The notes beneath the pieces were generated by a model. It was not told where the DNA came from. It worked only from the letters and a program-made list of their open reading frames with translations, and searched no databases. Of a DNA stretch of 64,000 bases, positions 46,658 through 58,077 are shown in pieces (the first letter of the stretch is position 1; each line of letters opens with the position of its first letter). Source of the stretch: an uncultured Erysipelotrichaceae bacterium (lineage in GTDB: Bacteria; Bacillota_I; Bacilli_A; Erysipelotrichales; Erysipelotrichaceae); assembly GCA_964371715.1 (NCBI GenBank), contig CAYJNO010000004.1, positions 27,061-91,060 on the forward strand, given 5' to 3'. A program made the translations under genes and the position numbers.

Positions 46658-46666
46658 TATAATTAT

Positions 46667-46699
46667 AAGAACATAGAAGATAATTCTATGTTCTTTTTT
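46667..46699 (+). terminator. Rho-independent terminator after the GH4 gene
   Basis: A perfect 12-bp stem AAGAACATAGAA / TTCTATGTTCTT with a 5-nt loop, followed by a T run. Confidence 0.85.
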
Positions 46700-46849
46700 A
46701 GATTAGTAAATAAAAATATATTAATGCCCTATAATTAATTATATATGTGAAATATAACGCCATAAACAACTATTTATACCACATAGACATAAGAAGAATT
46801 TTTTTAAATCTTTTTATGATAGTATTTAGCTGTAGAAGGGAGAGGTAAG

Positions 46850-47293
46850 ATGAAGATTAAACTAGAAGATCTAGATAGTGATGAAATTGAAGTAATAATT
46901 AGAGGAGATATTGCTGATGATAAAATACAACATCTCATTAGTTTATTAAAGTCAACTAATATTACAAGTAAAATTCTTTTACAAGCAAAAGATAAAGAGA
47001 TTCTTGTCGATATAAATGAAATTATGTATTTTGAAACTATTGACCGAAAAAATTATGCATGTACAGTTAATGAAAAATTAGTAACTAAATATTCACTGAA
47101 TGAAATTTTATTAATGTACAAATCTAGGGGAATAACCCAAATTGGAAAAAGTCTTTTAGTAAATGTAAATTATGTTAAATTTTTAGAAGCGGAGTTTAGT
47201 GGGAACTATACACTTACTTTGAAAAATGAGGAAAAACTATTGATATCAAGATTTTATATGAAAGATTTCAGAAATACAATTATGGAGGTATAA
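46850..47293 (+). CDS. LytTR-domain DNA-binding protein
   Basis: The LytTR pattern is INEIMYFETIDRKNYACTVNEKL...SLLVNVNYVKFL. The gene is coupled to the following DUF3021-like gene with a 2-nt gap. Confidence 0.75.
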   Translation: MKIKLEDLDSDEIEVIIRGDIADDKIQHLISLLKSTNITSKILLQAKDKEILVDINEIMYFETIDRKNYACTVNEKLVTKYSLNEILLMYKSRGITQIGKSLLVNVNYVKFLEAEFSGNYTLTLKNEEKLLISRFYMKDFRNTIMEV

Positions 47294-47295
47294 AT

Positions 47296-47673
47296 ATGAA
47301 AATTATGAAATATTTAATTGCAGGAACAGGGATTGGTTTTATTTGTACGACATTTTTTATGATAATGTTTATTGGTTTTAATCCATTAACAGCACAAATT
47401 TTAGCCTGGCTTATCGCATCAGCTATCTATGGGTTATCAACGATGATATTTGATAATCAAAAACTTAGGTTTTTTTATAAAATTATAATTCACTATATTA
47501 TTGCCTTAAGTGTAACACTTTGCATAATCTATTTATTTTATCAACCTTATGTAATATCAGTGTTAATCTCATTTACAATCACTTATATTATAGTTCTCTA
47601 TGCAGTGTGGCAAATTGAAAAAAACAATATAAAGAAATTAAATGAAAAATTAAAAGAAAATAATATGATTTAG
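47296..47673 (+). CDS. DUF3021-like four-TM membrane protein
   Basis: 125 aa with four TM helices. This is the recurrent partner of LytTR regulators in Bacillota. Confidence 0.6.
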   Translation: MKIMKYLIAGTGIGFICTTFFMIMFIGFNPLTAQILAWLIASAIYGLSTMIFDNQKLRFFYKIIIHYIIALSVTLCIIYLFYQPYVISVLISFTITYIIVLYAVWQIEKNNIKKLNEKLKENNMI

Positions 47674-47737
47674 ATTTGACATAAATGTTAGTACATGATA
47701 TAAATAAATTGTTAGTCATAACTAACTGGAGGTACTT

Positions 47738-48307
47738 ATGTTAAATATGGAAGAATTAATTTTAAATCATTGTGCACCAACACTGGCTGGTGTTAAAGCA
47801 TCTAATATGTTTAGTATTAGACATTTAAATAAATCATATAAGGAACAATATAAAGAAATTATATTTTGGAAATTTAAATTATATACAAAAGGCTTATCGT
47901 TAAAGATATTAAATTATAATCCAAAAAGTTCAGCATTTTTAATTTTAATATATCGATATAAGGCCTTAAAAGAATCACTTTTTTGTGATATTAAGTTAAG
48001 TTGTCTTAATGAATTTGGTTATGACATTAAAGGGAATTTAGAGAGTTTAATTGATGAATTATCAGTTCGTATTAAAAATAATTTCGAATTCCCACATGAG
48101 GTTGGCTTCTTTCTAGATTATCCAACTGTAGATGTATTAGGCTTTATCGAACATAAAGGAGCTAATTATACGTTTAATGGTATATGGAAAGCTTATGGCG
48201 ATTATGATATTGCGAAAAAGCGCTATGAAGAAATCAGACGTTGTACTGAAAAATATTGGGAGAAATATGAAACAGGAAAAGGGGTAATGCAACTAATCCT
48301 GATATAA
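47738..48307 (+). CDS. DUF3793-family protein
   Basis: RBS GGAGG. The N-terminus LILNHCAPTLAGVKASNMFS and the C-terminal FPHEVGFFLDYP are characteristic of DUF3793. Confidence 0.6.
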   Translation: MLNMEELILNHCAPTLAGVKASNMFSIRHLNKSYKEQYKEIIFWKFKLYTKGLSLKILNYNPKSSAFLILIYRYKALKESLFCDIKLSCLNEFGYDIKGNLESLIDELSVRIKNNFEFPHEVGFFLDYPTVDVLGFIEHKGANYTFNGIWKAYGDYDIAKKRYEEIRRCTEKYWEKYETGKGVMQLILI

Positions 48308-48345
48308 AAAAATGGATGCCTTGATAAAAGGTATCCATTTTTATG

Positions 48346-48720
48346 TTATATAAGTTTTTTTAAAACTTCTTCAAAATTATTTTTTTCATCATTAATTTTG
48401 TTGTCATCATAACGTGGTATAATGTGAAAATGTGTATGAAATACTTCTTGACCTGCGCTTGCTTTAATATTTGATTCAATATTAATACCTGTAGCATTTA
48501 ATTTCAATAAAGCATGATTTGCTAAAGCTTTTAAATCAACCATCATTGCTTTTGTATCTTCATCATTCATTTCTAAAAAATCAGAAGTATGATTTTTAGG
48601 GATTACAACAATATGGCCATAAGTTGCTGGATTTATATCTAAAAAAGCATATGTAGTGTTTGTATCTAATACTTTATAAGAGGGAATTTTTTTGTTTACT
48701 ATTTTACAAAAAATGCACAT
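48346..48720 (-). CDS. HIT-family nucleotide hydrolase
   Basis: The N-terminus is CIFCKIV and the histidine triad is HTHFHIIP. Confidence 0.9.
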   Translation of the reverse strand: MCIFCKIVNKKIPSYKVLDTNTTYAFLDINPATYGHIVVIPKNHTSDFLEMNDEDTKAMMVDLKALANHALLKLNATGINIESNIKASAGQEVFHTHFHIIPRYDDNKINDEKNNFEEVLKKLI

Positions 48721-48755
48721 ATTTATTCTCCTTTAAAAAAAGCGTGAAATCACGC

Positions 48756-49511
48756 TTAATTGAATGCCCAACTAGCATTTGATTCAACTGCATCATATAT
48801 TTCTTGTACATATACATCAAAGTTATATAAGTCAAAGTAATAAGCATATGCAGCAGTAATTGCTGTTGTATCAGATGTTAGAGTTAAGAAGTATTCTTCT
48901 TTGTAATTGTTGACATCAGTATCAACAACATTAACTACATAATAAGAAGCACTTTCTTCATCGTAAACAACTGGTAATAATGTAGGTTCTGTTGCTGCTT
49001 CAAGTCCAGCTTTAATATCTAATGGGATATCAGATGTTAAAGTTAAGATAGTTGGAGCAGTTGATCCTAAATATCCAATTTCAGTTGCAGCTTCAGCTGT
49101 TGTTTTACCTTCAGTAATTAAGGCATGAGCTTGATTAGCTAATGCTTCATCAGTAAATGTCATAATTTCAACTTGTTTTGGTGCATGTGGTGTGATATAC
49201 GTTTCAGCATTTGCATCAAAGTATTTATTGATTAATTTGATTACTGCTTCATTTAAAGTTGTTGAATCACTTAAATCTTCCATTGTGTATTCTTCGGCAA
49301 ATTCTTTTGTAATAACGATTTTTAAAGATCCTTCAATTACTGCAGAACTACCAACATTAGCGTTCATGATTGTATATACTTCATTTGTATCAACTGTAGT
49401 ATTTCCAAGAGTGAAGATTACATCATCTCCATTAGTGATTTTATCAGAACCTTCAGTTGCACATCCTGTAATTAAAATTAATGATAATAATAAAACTAAT
49501 AATTTTTTCAT
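48756..49511 (-). CDS. Lipoprotein, unknown function (possibly PrsA/SurA N-domain-like)
   Basis: Lipobox LITGC. The gene is coupled to the upstream PPIase gene with a 2-nt gap. Confidence 0.55.
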   Translation of the reverse strand: MKKLLVLLLSLILITGCATEGSDKITNGDDVIFTLGNTTVDTNEVYTIMNANVGSSAVIEGSLKIVITKEFAEEYTMEDLSDSTTLNEAVIKLINKYFDANAETYITPHAPKQVEIMTFTDEALANQAHALITEGKTTAEAATEIGYLGSTAPTILTLTSDIPLDIKAGLEAATEPTLLPVVYDEESASYYVVNVVDTDVNNYKEEYFLTLTSDTTAITAAYAYYFDLYNFDVYVQEIYDAVESNASWAFN

Positions 49512-49513
49512 AA

Positions 49514-50557
49514 TTATTCTTCTCCTTGAGCTGCATCTGGTGTCACTGTAGGTTCAACCGTTGCTTCAGGCTCTTCAGTAACTTCAGGTTCTGGTGTAGT
49601 GAAACCTAAAGATTCTTCGATTTCTTGTTGTAAAGCAGGATCTGTGAATGTATATCCAATAGTTTCTGCTTGTTCTTTTAAATATGTTGTTAACCATGAT
49701 TCATCATATGCCATGATTGTATTTAAGAAATCATTTGGATATTGTAATAATGAATCAAAATCATTTGCATCAAATAAGATTAAATGAGCACCATATTGAG
49801 TGTATACCCATTCACTTACAATACCTGGTTCTAAAGTGAAGATAGCATCTTTAAATTCTGGTACATATGCTTCTGCAGCATCAATATCAGTATATCCAAG
49901 AGAACCACCATTTGTAGCGCTTCCTGTATCATCAGAGTATTCAATAGCTACTTCAGCAAATGATTTACCATCACTTAATGATGTTAATACTGCATCCATT
50001 TTTGCTTGTTCTTCTTCTGTTGGGTTTTCAGGGTCTGCTAACGATACTAAAATATGAGAAATTATTCTTGGTTGTTTTTCTGCACTAAACTCTGGGAATA
50101 ATTCTTTTGCGCCAATTGATAATACTTCGATTTGTTTTAAATTAGCTAAAGCGTATAAGTAAAATTCATCTTCGTTTTCATAACCTAAACCATTTAAAAT
50201 GTTTTCCATAATAGTGTCATATTCAGCACCATATGTCGCTTTTAATTGTTGAATTGTTAAATCAGCTTGCTCTTTAGCTTCTGCTTCAAGTTCTGGAGTT
50301 GTTTCAATAATTGCATCATATAAAGCTTGAACAAATCTTTGAGCAACAACATCTGTTCCTACAGCTGCATACATTTCATTGTAAAATTCATTAGCTGTAA
50401 CATTTTCATCAGCTATCGAGTAAATTACATTTTCTCCGTTTTCTGTTTTTCCTTCAATTATATTAGCTTGTTGTTCTGTGGCAAAGAAGATAGTAGCGCC
50501 AATAAGGCATACTCCAACTAAGCCTATAAACCAATATTTTTTTAATAATTCTGTCAT
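49514..50557 (-). CDS. prsA: Membrane-anchored parvulin-type peptidyl-prolyl isomerase (PrsA-like foldase)
   Basis: An N-terminal TM anchor is present. Parvulin domain: RIISHILV...GGSLGYTD...PEFKDAIFTL...QYGAHLI. Confidence 0.7.
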   Translation of the reverse strand: MTELLKKYWFIGLVGVCLIGATIFFATEQQANIIEGKTENGENVIYSIADENVTANEFYNEMYAAVGTDVVAQRFVQALYDAIIETTPELEAEAKEQADLTIQQLKATYGAEYDTIMENILNGLGYENEDEFYLYALANLKQIEVLSIGAKELFPEFSAEKQPRIISHILVSLADPENPTEEEQAKMDAVLTSLSDGKSFAEVAIEYSDDTGSATNGGSLGYTDIDAAEAYVPEFKDAIFTLEPGIVSEWVYTQYGAHLILFDANDFDSLLQYPNDFLNTIMAYDESWLTTYLKEQAETIGYTFTDPALQQEIEESLGFTTPEPEVTEEPEATVEPTVTPDAAQGEE

Positions 50558-50832
50558 ATTGCCTCCTTTTAGACTAACTTAATAATTTTAGCTTAATTAC
50601 CATAATATTACAATTGGTTGTAACTGAATATTTTGTGAATTCATTATAGTTTATTAAAATTCTACATTAATAGCAATTAAACAACAATTATAATAATAAA
50701 TCAATAACAAAAATTACACAAGAGTAAAACAATTTAATATTTATATTTAATCCTTAATGATATTGTGTTTTTGGTAGATAAAATAAATTCCATTTGTGAT
50801 ATAATAAATACTGAAATTGGAGGTCGATTTAG

Positions 50833-51633
50833 ATGAATGATTTTAAAATAACAGATTTATACGTTGAAATAGACGGTAAAGAAATATTAAAAGGAATTAA
50901 CTTAGAAGTTAATGAAAATGAGATACATGCTCTTATGGGGCCAAATGGTGGAGGAAAATCTACACTAGTTCAAGTTATTATGGGACACCCTAAATATAAA
51001 GTTACAAAAGGGTCTATTACATATAAAGGAAAAGAAGTGTTAGAATTGCCTGTTGATGAAAGAAGTAAACTTGGTATTTTCTTAGGGATGCAATATCCAC
51101 AAGAAATTAATGGGATTACAAATTCAGATTTTTTAAGAGCTTGTTTAAATGCTCGTAGTGAAAAGTCTGTACCATTCTATAAATTCTTTAAATTAATGGA
51201 AGAAAATGTTCAACAATTAGAAATGAAGAGTGATTTAGCACACCGTTTCTTAAATGTTAACTTCTCAGGTGGAGAAAAGAAAAGAAATGAAATCGTACAA
51301 ATGAATATCTTAGATCCATCATTTTGTATGTTAGATGAAATTGATAGTGGACTTGACGTTGATGCTTTAAAGTTAGTTGCCGATGCAATTAATGCAAAAC
51401 AAAGAACATTCTTAGTAGTATCACACTATGAAAGATTTTATGATTTAGTTAAACCAACATTTGCTCATGTTATTATTAACGGTAAAATCGTTAAAAGTGG
51501 AGACTATTCATTAGTTAAGAAAATTGATGAAGAAGGCTATGATTGGTTATATAAAGAATTAGATATTAAACCTGTACAAGAAGAAAAAGCTAAAGCACCA
51601 ATCAGTATTGGTACTTGTAAAGTTAATGGTTAA
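50833..51633 (+). CDS. sufC: Fe-S cluster assembly ATPase SufC
   Basis: Walker A GPNGGGKST, signature FSGGEKKR and Walker B MLDEIDSGLD. It is the first gene of the suf operon. Confidence 0.9.
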   Translation: MNDFKITDLYVEIDGKEILKGINLEVNENEIHALMGPNGGGKSTLVQVIMGHPKYKVTKGSITYKGKEVLELPVDERSKLGIFLGMQYPQEINGITNSDFLRACLNARSEKSVPFYKFFKLMEENVQQLEMKSDLAHRFLNVNFSGGEKKRNEIVQMNILDPSFCMLDEIDSGLDVDALKLVADAINAKQRTFLVVSHYERFYDLVKPTFAHVIINGKIVKSGDYSLVKKIDEEGYDWLYKELDIKPVQEEKAKAPISIGTCKVNG

Positions 51634-51637
51634 TGCT

Positions 51638-52417
51638 ATGAATAAAGAATTAATTATATCTAAAAATGAAATTATTGAATTAAATGAAGAAACACTTAGT
51701 TTAACATTTGTTCCACAAAATGATGCAACTATTATCTTAAAGTGTCAAAATATAAAAAATTTAAATTTAAATGGTAATTTTGATAAAGCTATTACAAATA
51801 TAATTATTATTAATGAAAGTAATGAAAAACTTACAGTTAATGAAGAATATGAAATTAATGGTGGAACTTTAACAATTGGTCATGGTGTTTTTAGTGTAAA
51901 TGATTATGTATTAAATACTAAAGCTTTAATCTACAAAGGTGAGTATAATATTCATACTTATACTTTATGTAAGCCTAATGTTGTAATTAATCAAAAAGTA
52001 ATAAATATGAAACCAAACACTTCAGCTACTATAAATAATAGTTGTGTAGCCTTAAAAGGTTCAAACTATAACTTAGTTGCAAGTGGTGAAATAGCAAAAG
52101 ATGCATATGGGTCTAAAAGTTTACAAGGATCTAAATGTTTAACATTTGGAGAACTTGAAAATGTAAAAGTATTACCTGTGCTTGTAATTGATGAAAATGA
52201 TGTAAGTGCATCACATTCATTAAGTGTAGGGAAAATGGATGAAGTACAAATGTTCTACTTAAAGAGTAGAGGGTTAAATGATGAAATGATTAGTGAGCTT
52301 GTAACAGTTGGTTATGTAATGCCATTAATTGATTTAGTAAGTGATGATTATAGAGAGTTTATGGAGGGATTTATTTCAAGGAAGGTAAATGAACTATGTT
52401 TAACATCGACAAAATAA
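51638..52417 (+). CDS. sufD: SufD-like Fe-S assembly protein (short form)
   Basis: The preferred start is ATG 51638, just after the sufC stop. The C-terminal SufB/D beta-helix signature is ASHSLSVGKMDEVQMFYLKSRGL. It sits between sufC and sufS. Confidence 0.7.
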   Translation: MNKELIISKNEIIELNEETLSLTFVPQNDATIILKCQNIKNLNLNGNFDKAITNIIIINESNEKLTVNEEYEINGGTLTIGHGVFSVNDYVLNTKALIYKGEYNIHTYTLCKPNVVINQKVINMKPNTSATINNSCVALKGSNYNLVASGEIAKDAYGSKSLQGSKCLTFGELENVKVLPVLVIDENDVSASHSLSVGKMDEVQMFYLKSRGLNDEMISELVTVGYVMPLIDLVSDDYREFMEGFISRKVNELCLTSTK

Positions 52418-53616
52418 GAAATGATTTCCCATTACTTACAAAAAATAAAGATTTAGTATATTTTGATAATGCAGCAACGACTTTAAAACCACAAGTTGTT
52501 ATTGATGAAATTATGAATGTTTTAAGTTATGAATCAGTTAACGTACATCGTGGTGATTATAACTTATCACATCATATTTCTACTAAATTTGATAATGTTA
52601 GAGTTAAAGTTGCAAAGTTTATTAATGCAGAAACTAAAGAAATAGTCTTTACTTCAGGTGCTAGTGAATCTTTAAATTTAGTTGCTTATGGCTATGGTCG
52701 TAAATATTTAAAGGAAGGCGATATTATCTTGTCTAGTGAAGCAGAACATGCATCAAATATCTTACCTTGGTTTAAAGTCGCTGAAGAAACAAAAGCCGAA
52801 GTAAAATATATTAAATTATCAGAAAATGGTGAATTTACATTAGATAACTTTAAAGCTGCCATGAATGATAGAGTAAAAGTTGTATCTTTAGCTAATGTGA
52901 CTAATGTATTGGGTTATATTTTACCAATGAAAGAAATATGTGCGATTGCTCATAGTTATGGTGCTATTGTTATTTGTGATGGTGCACAATCTGTGCCACA
53001 TACAATAACTGATGTTAAAGATATGGATTGTGATTTTCTAGCATTTTCAGCACATAAAATGTGTGGTCCAACAGGTGTTGGTATCTTATATGGTAAATAT
53101 GATTTACTACAAGATTTAGAACCATTTATGTTAGGTGGTGGTTCAAATGCTCGTTTTGATATGTGTGGAAATATCAAACTAAAAGATGCACCTTATAAAT
53201 TTGAATCAGGAACTCCACCAATAGAAGGAATCATTGGACTTGGAAGTGCAATTGATTATTTAACTGAGGTTGGTATGAAGAACATTCATCAATATGAAGT
53301 TGAATTACATACTTATTTAATTGAAAAATTAAAAGAGTTAAAACATATTACAATTTATAATCCAAATGCTGGAACAGGAATTGTATCATTTAATGTTGAA
53401 GGTATCTTTCCACAAGATGCTGCTTCATATTTAAATAAATTTAATATAGCTGTAAGAAGTGGTAATCATTGTGCAAAGATATTAATGAATGTCTTAAAGA
53501 CACAATATACAATTAGAGCAAGTTTATACTTTTATAACACTAAAGAAGAAGTGGATGCATTTGTAGATGCTTTAAAAGATATAAGCTTAGATAAATGCGT
53601 AGATATCGTTATTTAG
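52396..53616 (+). CDS. sufS: Cysteine desulfurase SufS
   Basis: PLP-Lys motif FSAHKMCGPTG, catalytic Cys loop RSGNHCA, and class V aminotransferase layout. Confidence 0.9.
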   Translation: MFNIDKIRNDFPLLTKNKDLVYFDNAATTLKPQVVIDEIMNVLSYESVNVHRGDYNLSHHISTKFDNVRVKVAKFINAETKEIVFTSGASESLNLVAYGYGRKYLKEGDIILSSEAEHASNILPWFKVAEETKAEVKYIKLSENGEFTLDNFKAAMNDRVKVVSLANVTNVLGYILPMKEICAIAHSYGAIVICDGAQSVPHTITDVKDMDCDFLAFSAHKMCGPTGVGILYGKYDLLQDLEPFMLGGGSNARFDMCGNIKLKDAPYKFESGTPPIEGIIGLGSAIDYLTEVGMKNIHQYEVELHTYLIEKLKELKHITIYNPNAGTGIVSFNVEGIFPQDAASYLNKFNIAVRSGNHCAKILMNVLKTQYTIRASLYFYNTKEEVDAFVDALKDISLDKCVDIVI

Positions 53617-53629
53617 AAACGAGGTAAAT

Positions 53630-54067
53630 ATGGAAAAATTTTCAGTTGATTTAAGAAGAGGAATTATCTTAGATCATTATCAAAATCCTCGCAATCGTGG
53701 ACTTATTGAGGATGAAACATATAAAAAAACACATCAAGCTAGTGAATCATGTATTGATGATTTACACTTACAAATTTTCGTAGATCAAAATGTGATTAAA
53801 GATGCTAGATTTGATGGTGAAGCTTGTACAATTTCTACAAGCTCAACTTCAATCATTAGTGAAATGATTGTTGGAAAAACAATAGAAGAAGCAAAAGAAA
53901 TTATCAGAAATTATCAATTAATGTGTACTGGTGAAGCTTATGATGAAGACTTATTAGAAGAAGCTAATGCTTTTAGTGAGTTATATAAACAAGCCAATCG
54001 TATAAAATGTGGTTTAATTGGTCCTGAAGGATTTTTATTGCTGTTAAATGGTGAAAATAATGAATGA
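53630..54067 (+). CDS. sufU: Sulfur-transfer/scaffold protein SufU
   Basis: NPRNRG, then conserved Cys residues in [14 protein letters not shown] and RIKCGL. Confidence 0.85.
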   Translation: MEKFSVDLRRGIILDHYQNPRNRGLIEDETYKKTHQASESCIDDLHLQIFVDQNVIKDARFDGEACTISTSSTSIISEMIVGKTIEEAKEIIRNYQLMCTGEAYDEDLLEEANAFSELYKQANRIKCGLIGPEGFLLLLNGENNE

Positions 54068-55406
54068 TAAAATGTTTGATACAGGAAATGGTTTAAATGA
54101 AGAAGTCATTAGAACTATTTCAAAAATAAAAAATGAACCAGAATGGATGTTGGAATATCGTTTAAAAGCATATGATGCTTTTGTAAAAATGCCAAATCCA
54201 TCATTTGGTCCAAACTTAGATTTTTTAGCTTTTGATGAATATACTTATTATATTAAACCATCAGAAAAAGCTGAAAGTGATTGGGATGATGTACCAACTG
54301 ATATTAAAGATACTTTTGAAAAATTAGGAATACCTGAAGCTGAACAAAAATTCTTAGCTGGTGTTTCAACGCAATTTGAATCAGAAGTTGTATATCATAG
54401 TATGTTAAAAGAAGTTGAAGATAAAGGTGTTATTTTCTTAGATACAGATAGTGCTTTAAGAGAATATCCGGAATTATTTAAGGAATACTTTGGAACTGTT
54501 GTTCCATATAGTGATAATCGCTATTCTGCATTAAATTCAGCAGTATGGTCAGGTGGATCATTTATCTATATGCCAAAAGGTGTAAGACTTGATAAACCAT
54601 TACAATCATATTTTAGAATTAACTCAGAAAGAATGGGGCAGTTTGAAAGAACATTAATCATTGTTGAAGATGAGGCTGATTTACATTATGTTGAAGGATG
54701 TACAGCACCAATTTATTCAAAAGATTCTTTACATGCTGCTGTTGTTGAAATTATTGTTAAGAAAAATGCGACAATGCGTTATTCAACTGTTCAAAACTGG
54801 TCAAACAATATTGTTAACTTAGTTACTAAAAGAGCTGTGGTTTTAGATCATGGCTTAATGGAATGGGTTGATGGTAATATTGGATCAAAAGTTAATATGA
54901 AATATCCTGCATGCATCTTAAAAGGTGAATATGCTAAAGGAAGCTGTATCTCAATTGCTGTTGCAAGTGAAGAACAAGTTCAAGATGCTGGAGCAAAAAT
55001 GATACACTTAGCACCTAATACTTCAAGTACTATTATTTCAAAATCTATTGCGAAAAATGGTGGAGCTGCTAACTATCGTGGTGAAGTGTTTATCGGTAAA
55101 AATGCTAAAAATTCAAGAACAAAAATTGAATGTGATACTTTATTATTAGATAAAATATCTCGTAGTGACACAATTCCGACAAACATTATGAAAAATAGTG
55201 ATTCTATTATTGAACATGAAGCAACTGTTTCAAAAATATCAGAAGAACAATTATTCTATTTAATGTCTCGTGGATTAAGTGAAGAAGCTGCTACTGAAAT
55301 GATAGTATTAGGATTCTTAGAACCATTCACTAAAGAATTACCAATGGAATATGCTGTTGAACTTAACCAGTTATTGAAACTAGATATGTCAGGTTCAATT
55401 GGATAA
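54048..55406 (+). CDS. sufB: Fe-S cluster assembly protein SufB
   Basis: SufB core motifs: [23 protein letters not shown] and [21 protein letters not shown]. Confidence 0.9.
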   Translation: MVKIMNDKMFDTGNGLNEEVIRTISKIKNEPEWMLEYRLKAYDAFVKMPNPSFGPNLDFLAFDEYTYYIKPSEKAESDWDDVPTDIKDTFEKLGIPEAEQKFLAGVSTQFESEVVYHSMLKEVEDKGVIFLDTDSALREYPELFKEYFGTVVPYSDNRYSALNSAVWSGGSFIYMPKGVRLDKPLQSYFRINSERMGQFERTLIIVEDEADLHYVEGCTAPIYSKDSLHAAVVEIIVKKNATMRYSTVQNWSNNIVNLVTKRAVVLDHGLMEWVDGNIGSKVNMKYPACILKGEYAKGSCISIAVASEEQVQDAGAKMIHLAPNTSSTIISKSIAKNGGAANYRGEVFIGKNAKNSRTKIECDTLLLDKISRSDTIPTNIMKNSDSIIEHEATVSKISEEQLFYLMSRGLSEEAATEMIVLGFLEPFTKELPMEYAVELNQLLKLDMSGSIG

Positions 55407-55926
55407 ACAAGAAATAAGAGCATACATAAAAAGTCAATTCGCTAATAATGACTTTAAATATTTAGATCAAAAAATCAATGAGATACTCATTGATTTTTTA
55501 AGCAATTATCAATCTATTGCTTTATATAATGCAATGAATGATGAAGTTAATCTAAAAGCGACTATAAAGCATTATATTGGATATAAGAATTTATATGTAC
55601 CAAAAATAACTGATGATAGTATGGAATTTACAAAAATAAACATAGGAAATGAAGTACAATTTAATAAATATAATATAGAAGAAGTTAAGACAAATGATTA
55701 TGTTGATTTAAGTACAATAGAAGTAATGATTGTACCACTAAGGGCTTTTGATAAAAACTTAAATCGTTTAGGTCGTGGAAAAGGATACTATGATAAAGTT
55801 TTAAATAACATCAAATTAAAAGTAGGTGTTGCTTATAGTATTCAAGAAGTTGATTTAGTTCCAACAGAATTTCATGATATTAAGTTAGATATGATAATTA
55901 CTGAGAAAGGAATCGTATGTATTTAG
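55399..55926 (+). CDS. 5-formyltetrahydrofolate cyclo-ligase
   Basis: The TTG start overlaps the sufB stop. The motif is [22 protein letters not shown]. Confidence 0.7.
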   Translation: MDKQEIRAYIKSQFANNDFKYLDQKINEILIDFLSNYQSIALYNAMNDEVNLKATIKHYIGYKNLYVPKITDDSMEFTKINIGNEVQFNKYNIEEVKTNDYVDLSTIEVMIVPLRAFDKNLNRLGRGKGYYDKVLNNIKLKVGVAYSIQEVDLVPTEFHDIKLDMIITEKGIVCI

Positions 55927-58073
55927 TAAGAATATACATTGAATACAGTCTAATGAGTTTAGACCATTATTTTACATATTTATCTAATGATGATTCTTTA
56001 AGTATCGGTAAAAGAGTTATCGTTAATTTTAATCATAAAAATATTGTAGGTTTTATTGCTGGATTTGAAAAAACAAATAGAACTGAAGAAGAATTAGTTA
56101 AAGATTTTGGATATAAGTTGAAATTTATTGAAGAAATTATAGATAATGAAAATATTATGAATGAAGAACTAATGGATTTAGCCCATTTTATGGCTAAAAA
56201 TACGATTAGTCCTTTAATGTCATGTCTAAATACAATATTACCACCACAATTAAAACCTAAGAAAAGTAATAGTAAAATAATTTATGATAAATGGGTAAGA
56301 AAAACAAATAATAATAACGATAAATTAACACTTAAACAACAAGAATTATTATTAAAGATTGATAAACCTATTTTATATAGTGATGCATTAAAACATAGCT
56401 CAAGTATTACTAAAAAACTTTTGGAATTAAATCTAATTGAAATATTTGAAGAAATAAAAAGGGTAGAAGTGCCAAAATATGATAGTTTCGCTGAAGTTAA
56501 ACTAAATGATGAACAAAAAAATGCAATTGACTCAATTTATCATAGTACTATACCATCACTTTTATATGGGATTACAGGTTCTGGAAAAACTGAAGTTTAC
56601 TTACAACTGACAAAAATGCTGGTTGAAGAAAATAAACAAGTATTAATTTTAGTGCCTGAAATATCTCTAACACCACAAATGATAAAAAGATTTATAGGGC
56701 GTTTTAATAATTTAGTTGGTGTTTATCACTCTGGTCTATCAAATACTGAAAAATTTCATTATTATCAAATGGTTAAAAATAATGAAATTAAAATTATTGT
56801 TGGAACTAGAAGTAGTGTTTTTTTACCATTTGATAATCTTGGTTTAATAGTCATGGATGAAGAGCATGATAATTCATATAAACAAGATAAAACACCAACA
56901 TATCATGTAAGAGATATTGTTTTGCAAAGAGCAAAAACTCATAAGGCTAAAGTGGTATTTGGAAGTGCAACACCAACACTTGAAAGCTTTGCGAAAGGAA
57001 TTAAAAAAGTATATAATCTTGTTTACTTGAAAAAAAGAGTAAATAATATGTTACCGGAAATCAATATCGTCGATCTCAATAAAGTAATTGCGAAAAATGA
57101 CAATCATATTATTACAAAAGAAATGCAAAAAGCGATAGAAAAACGTATTAGTGCAAATGAACAAGTAATTATTTTACTGAATCGTCGAGGATTTTATCCA
57201 TTATTAAAATGTAGTGAATGTAATAATACCTTAAAATGTGTGCATTGTGATGTGGCTTTAAATTATCATCATGAAAGTAAAAGCTTGAAGTGTCATATGT
57301 GTGGCTATGAAATCAAAAAACCAACACCATGTGGTTGTGGTAATAAAAACTATTCAACTTTTGGCTATGGGATACAAAAGGTCGAATTAGAGTTAAATAA
57401 TATGTTTAAAGAAGCAAAAGTATTAAGAGTTGATAAAGACACAACTAGCAAAAAAAATGCTCATGAAAATTTATTAAAAGCTTTTGAGAACAAAGAATAT
57501 AACATAATGATTGGAACACAAATGATTGCGAAAGGTTTAGACTTTAAAGATGTCACTTTAGTGATTATATTAAATGCTGATCAAGGACTTGGAAGTTTAG
57601 ATTACCAATCATGTGAAAATACATTTGGTTTATTAATGCAAGCATGTGGCAGAAGTGGAAGACATAAGCAAGGTGAAGTAATTTTACCATTATATAATGT
57701 AAATCACTTTATTATAAATGCATTAAAGAATCAAAGTTATGAATATTTCTTTAAAGAAGAAATGAAATATCGACATATATTAAAATATCCACCATATTCA
57801 TATGTCGTTGCAGTAGAATTTAATGATTTAAAGGAAATTAACTGCATTAATGCAGTTAATTATATTGAAAATGCTCTTGATTTAGTTAATATTGAGCATT
57901 TAAAAGCTACTGCATTAAGAAAAATTAAAGATAAGTATCGTTATAGAATAATAATTAAAGGCTCTAATCTAGAACAGATTAAAGAAGAGTTGTATAATAT
58001 TGTCAAAGGATATTATAAAATGGGTTTTAAAACAAATATCAATGTTGATATAAATCCATCATATTTGGGGTAA
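55917..58073 (+). CDS. priA: Primosomal replication-restart helicase PriA
   Basis: Walker A GITGSGKTE, DEEHD box, and Cys-rich zinc insert CSECNNTLKCVHCDVAL...CHMCG. Confidence 0.9.
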   Translation: MYLVRIYIEYSLMSLDHYFTYLSNDDSLSIGKRVIVNFNHKNIVGFIAGFEKTNRTEEELVKDFGYKLKFIEEIIDNENIMNEELMDLAHFMAKNTISPLMSCLNTILPPQLKPKKSNSKIIYDKWVRKTNNNNDKLTLKQQELLLKIDKPILYSDALKHSSSITKKLLELNLIEIFEEIKRVEVPKYDSFAEVKLNDEQKNAIDSIYHSTIPSLLYGITGSGKTEVYLQLTKMLVEENKQVLILVPEISLTPQMIKRFIGRFNNLVGVYHSGLSNTEKFHYYQMVKNNEIKIIVGTRSSVFLPFDNLGLIVMDEEHDNSYKQDKTPTYHVRDIVLQRAKTHKAKVVFGSATPTLESFAKGIKKVYNLVYLKKRVNNMLPEINIVDLNKVIAKNDNHIITKEMQKAIEKRISANEQVIILLNRRGFYPLLKCSECNNTLKCVHCDVALNYHHESKSLKCHMCGYEIKKPTPCGCGNKNYSTFGYGIQKVELELNNMFKEAKVLRVDKDTTSKKNAHENLLKAFENKEYNIMIGTQMIAKGLDFKDVTLVIILNADQGLGSLDYQSCENTFGLLMQACGRSGRHKQGEVILPLYNVNHFIINALKNQSYEYFFKEEMKYRHILKYPPYSYVVAVEFNDLKEINCINAVNYIENALDLVNIEHLKATALRKIKDKYRYRIIIKGSNLEQIKEELYNIVKGYYKMGFKTNINVDINPSYLG

Positions 58074-58077
58074 GAAG

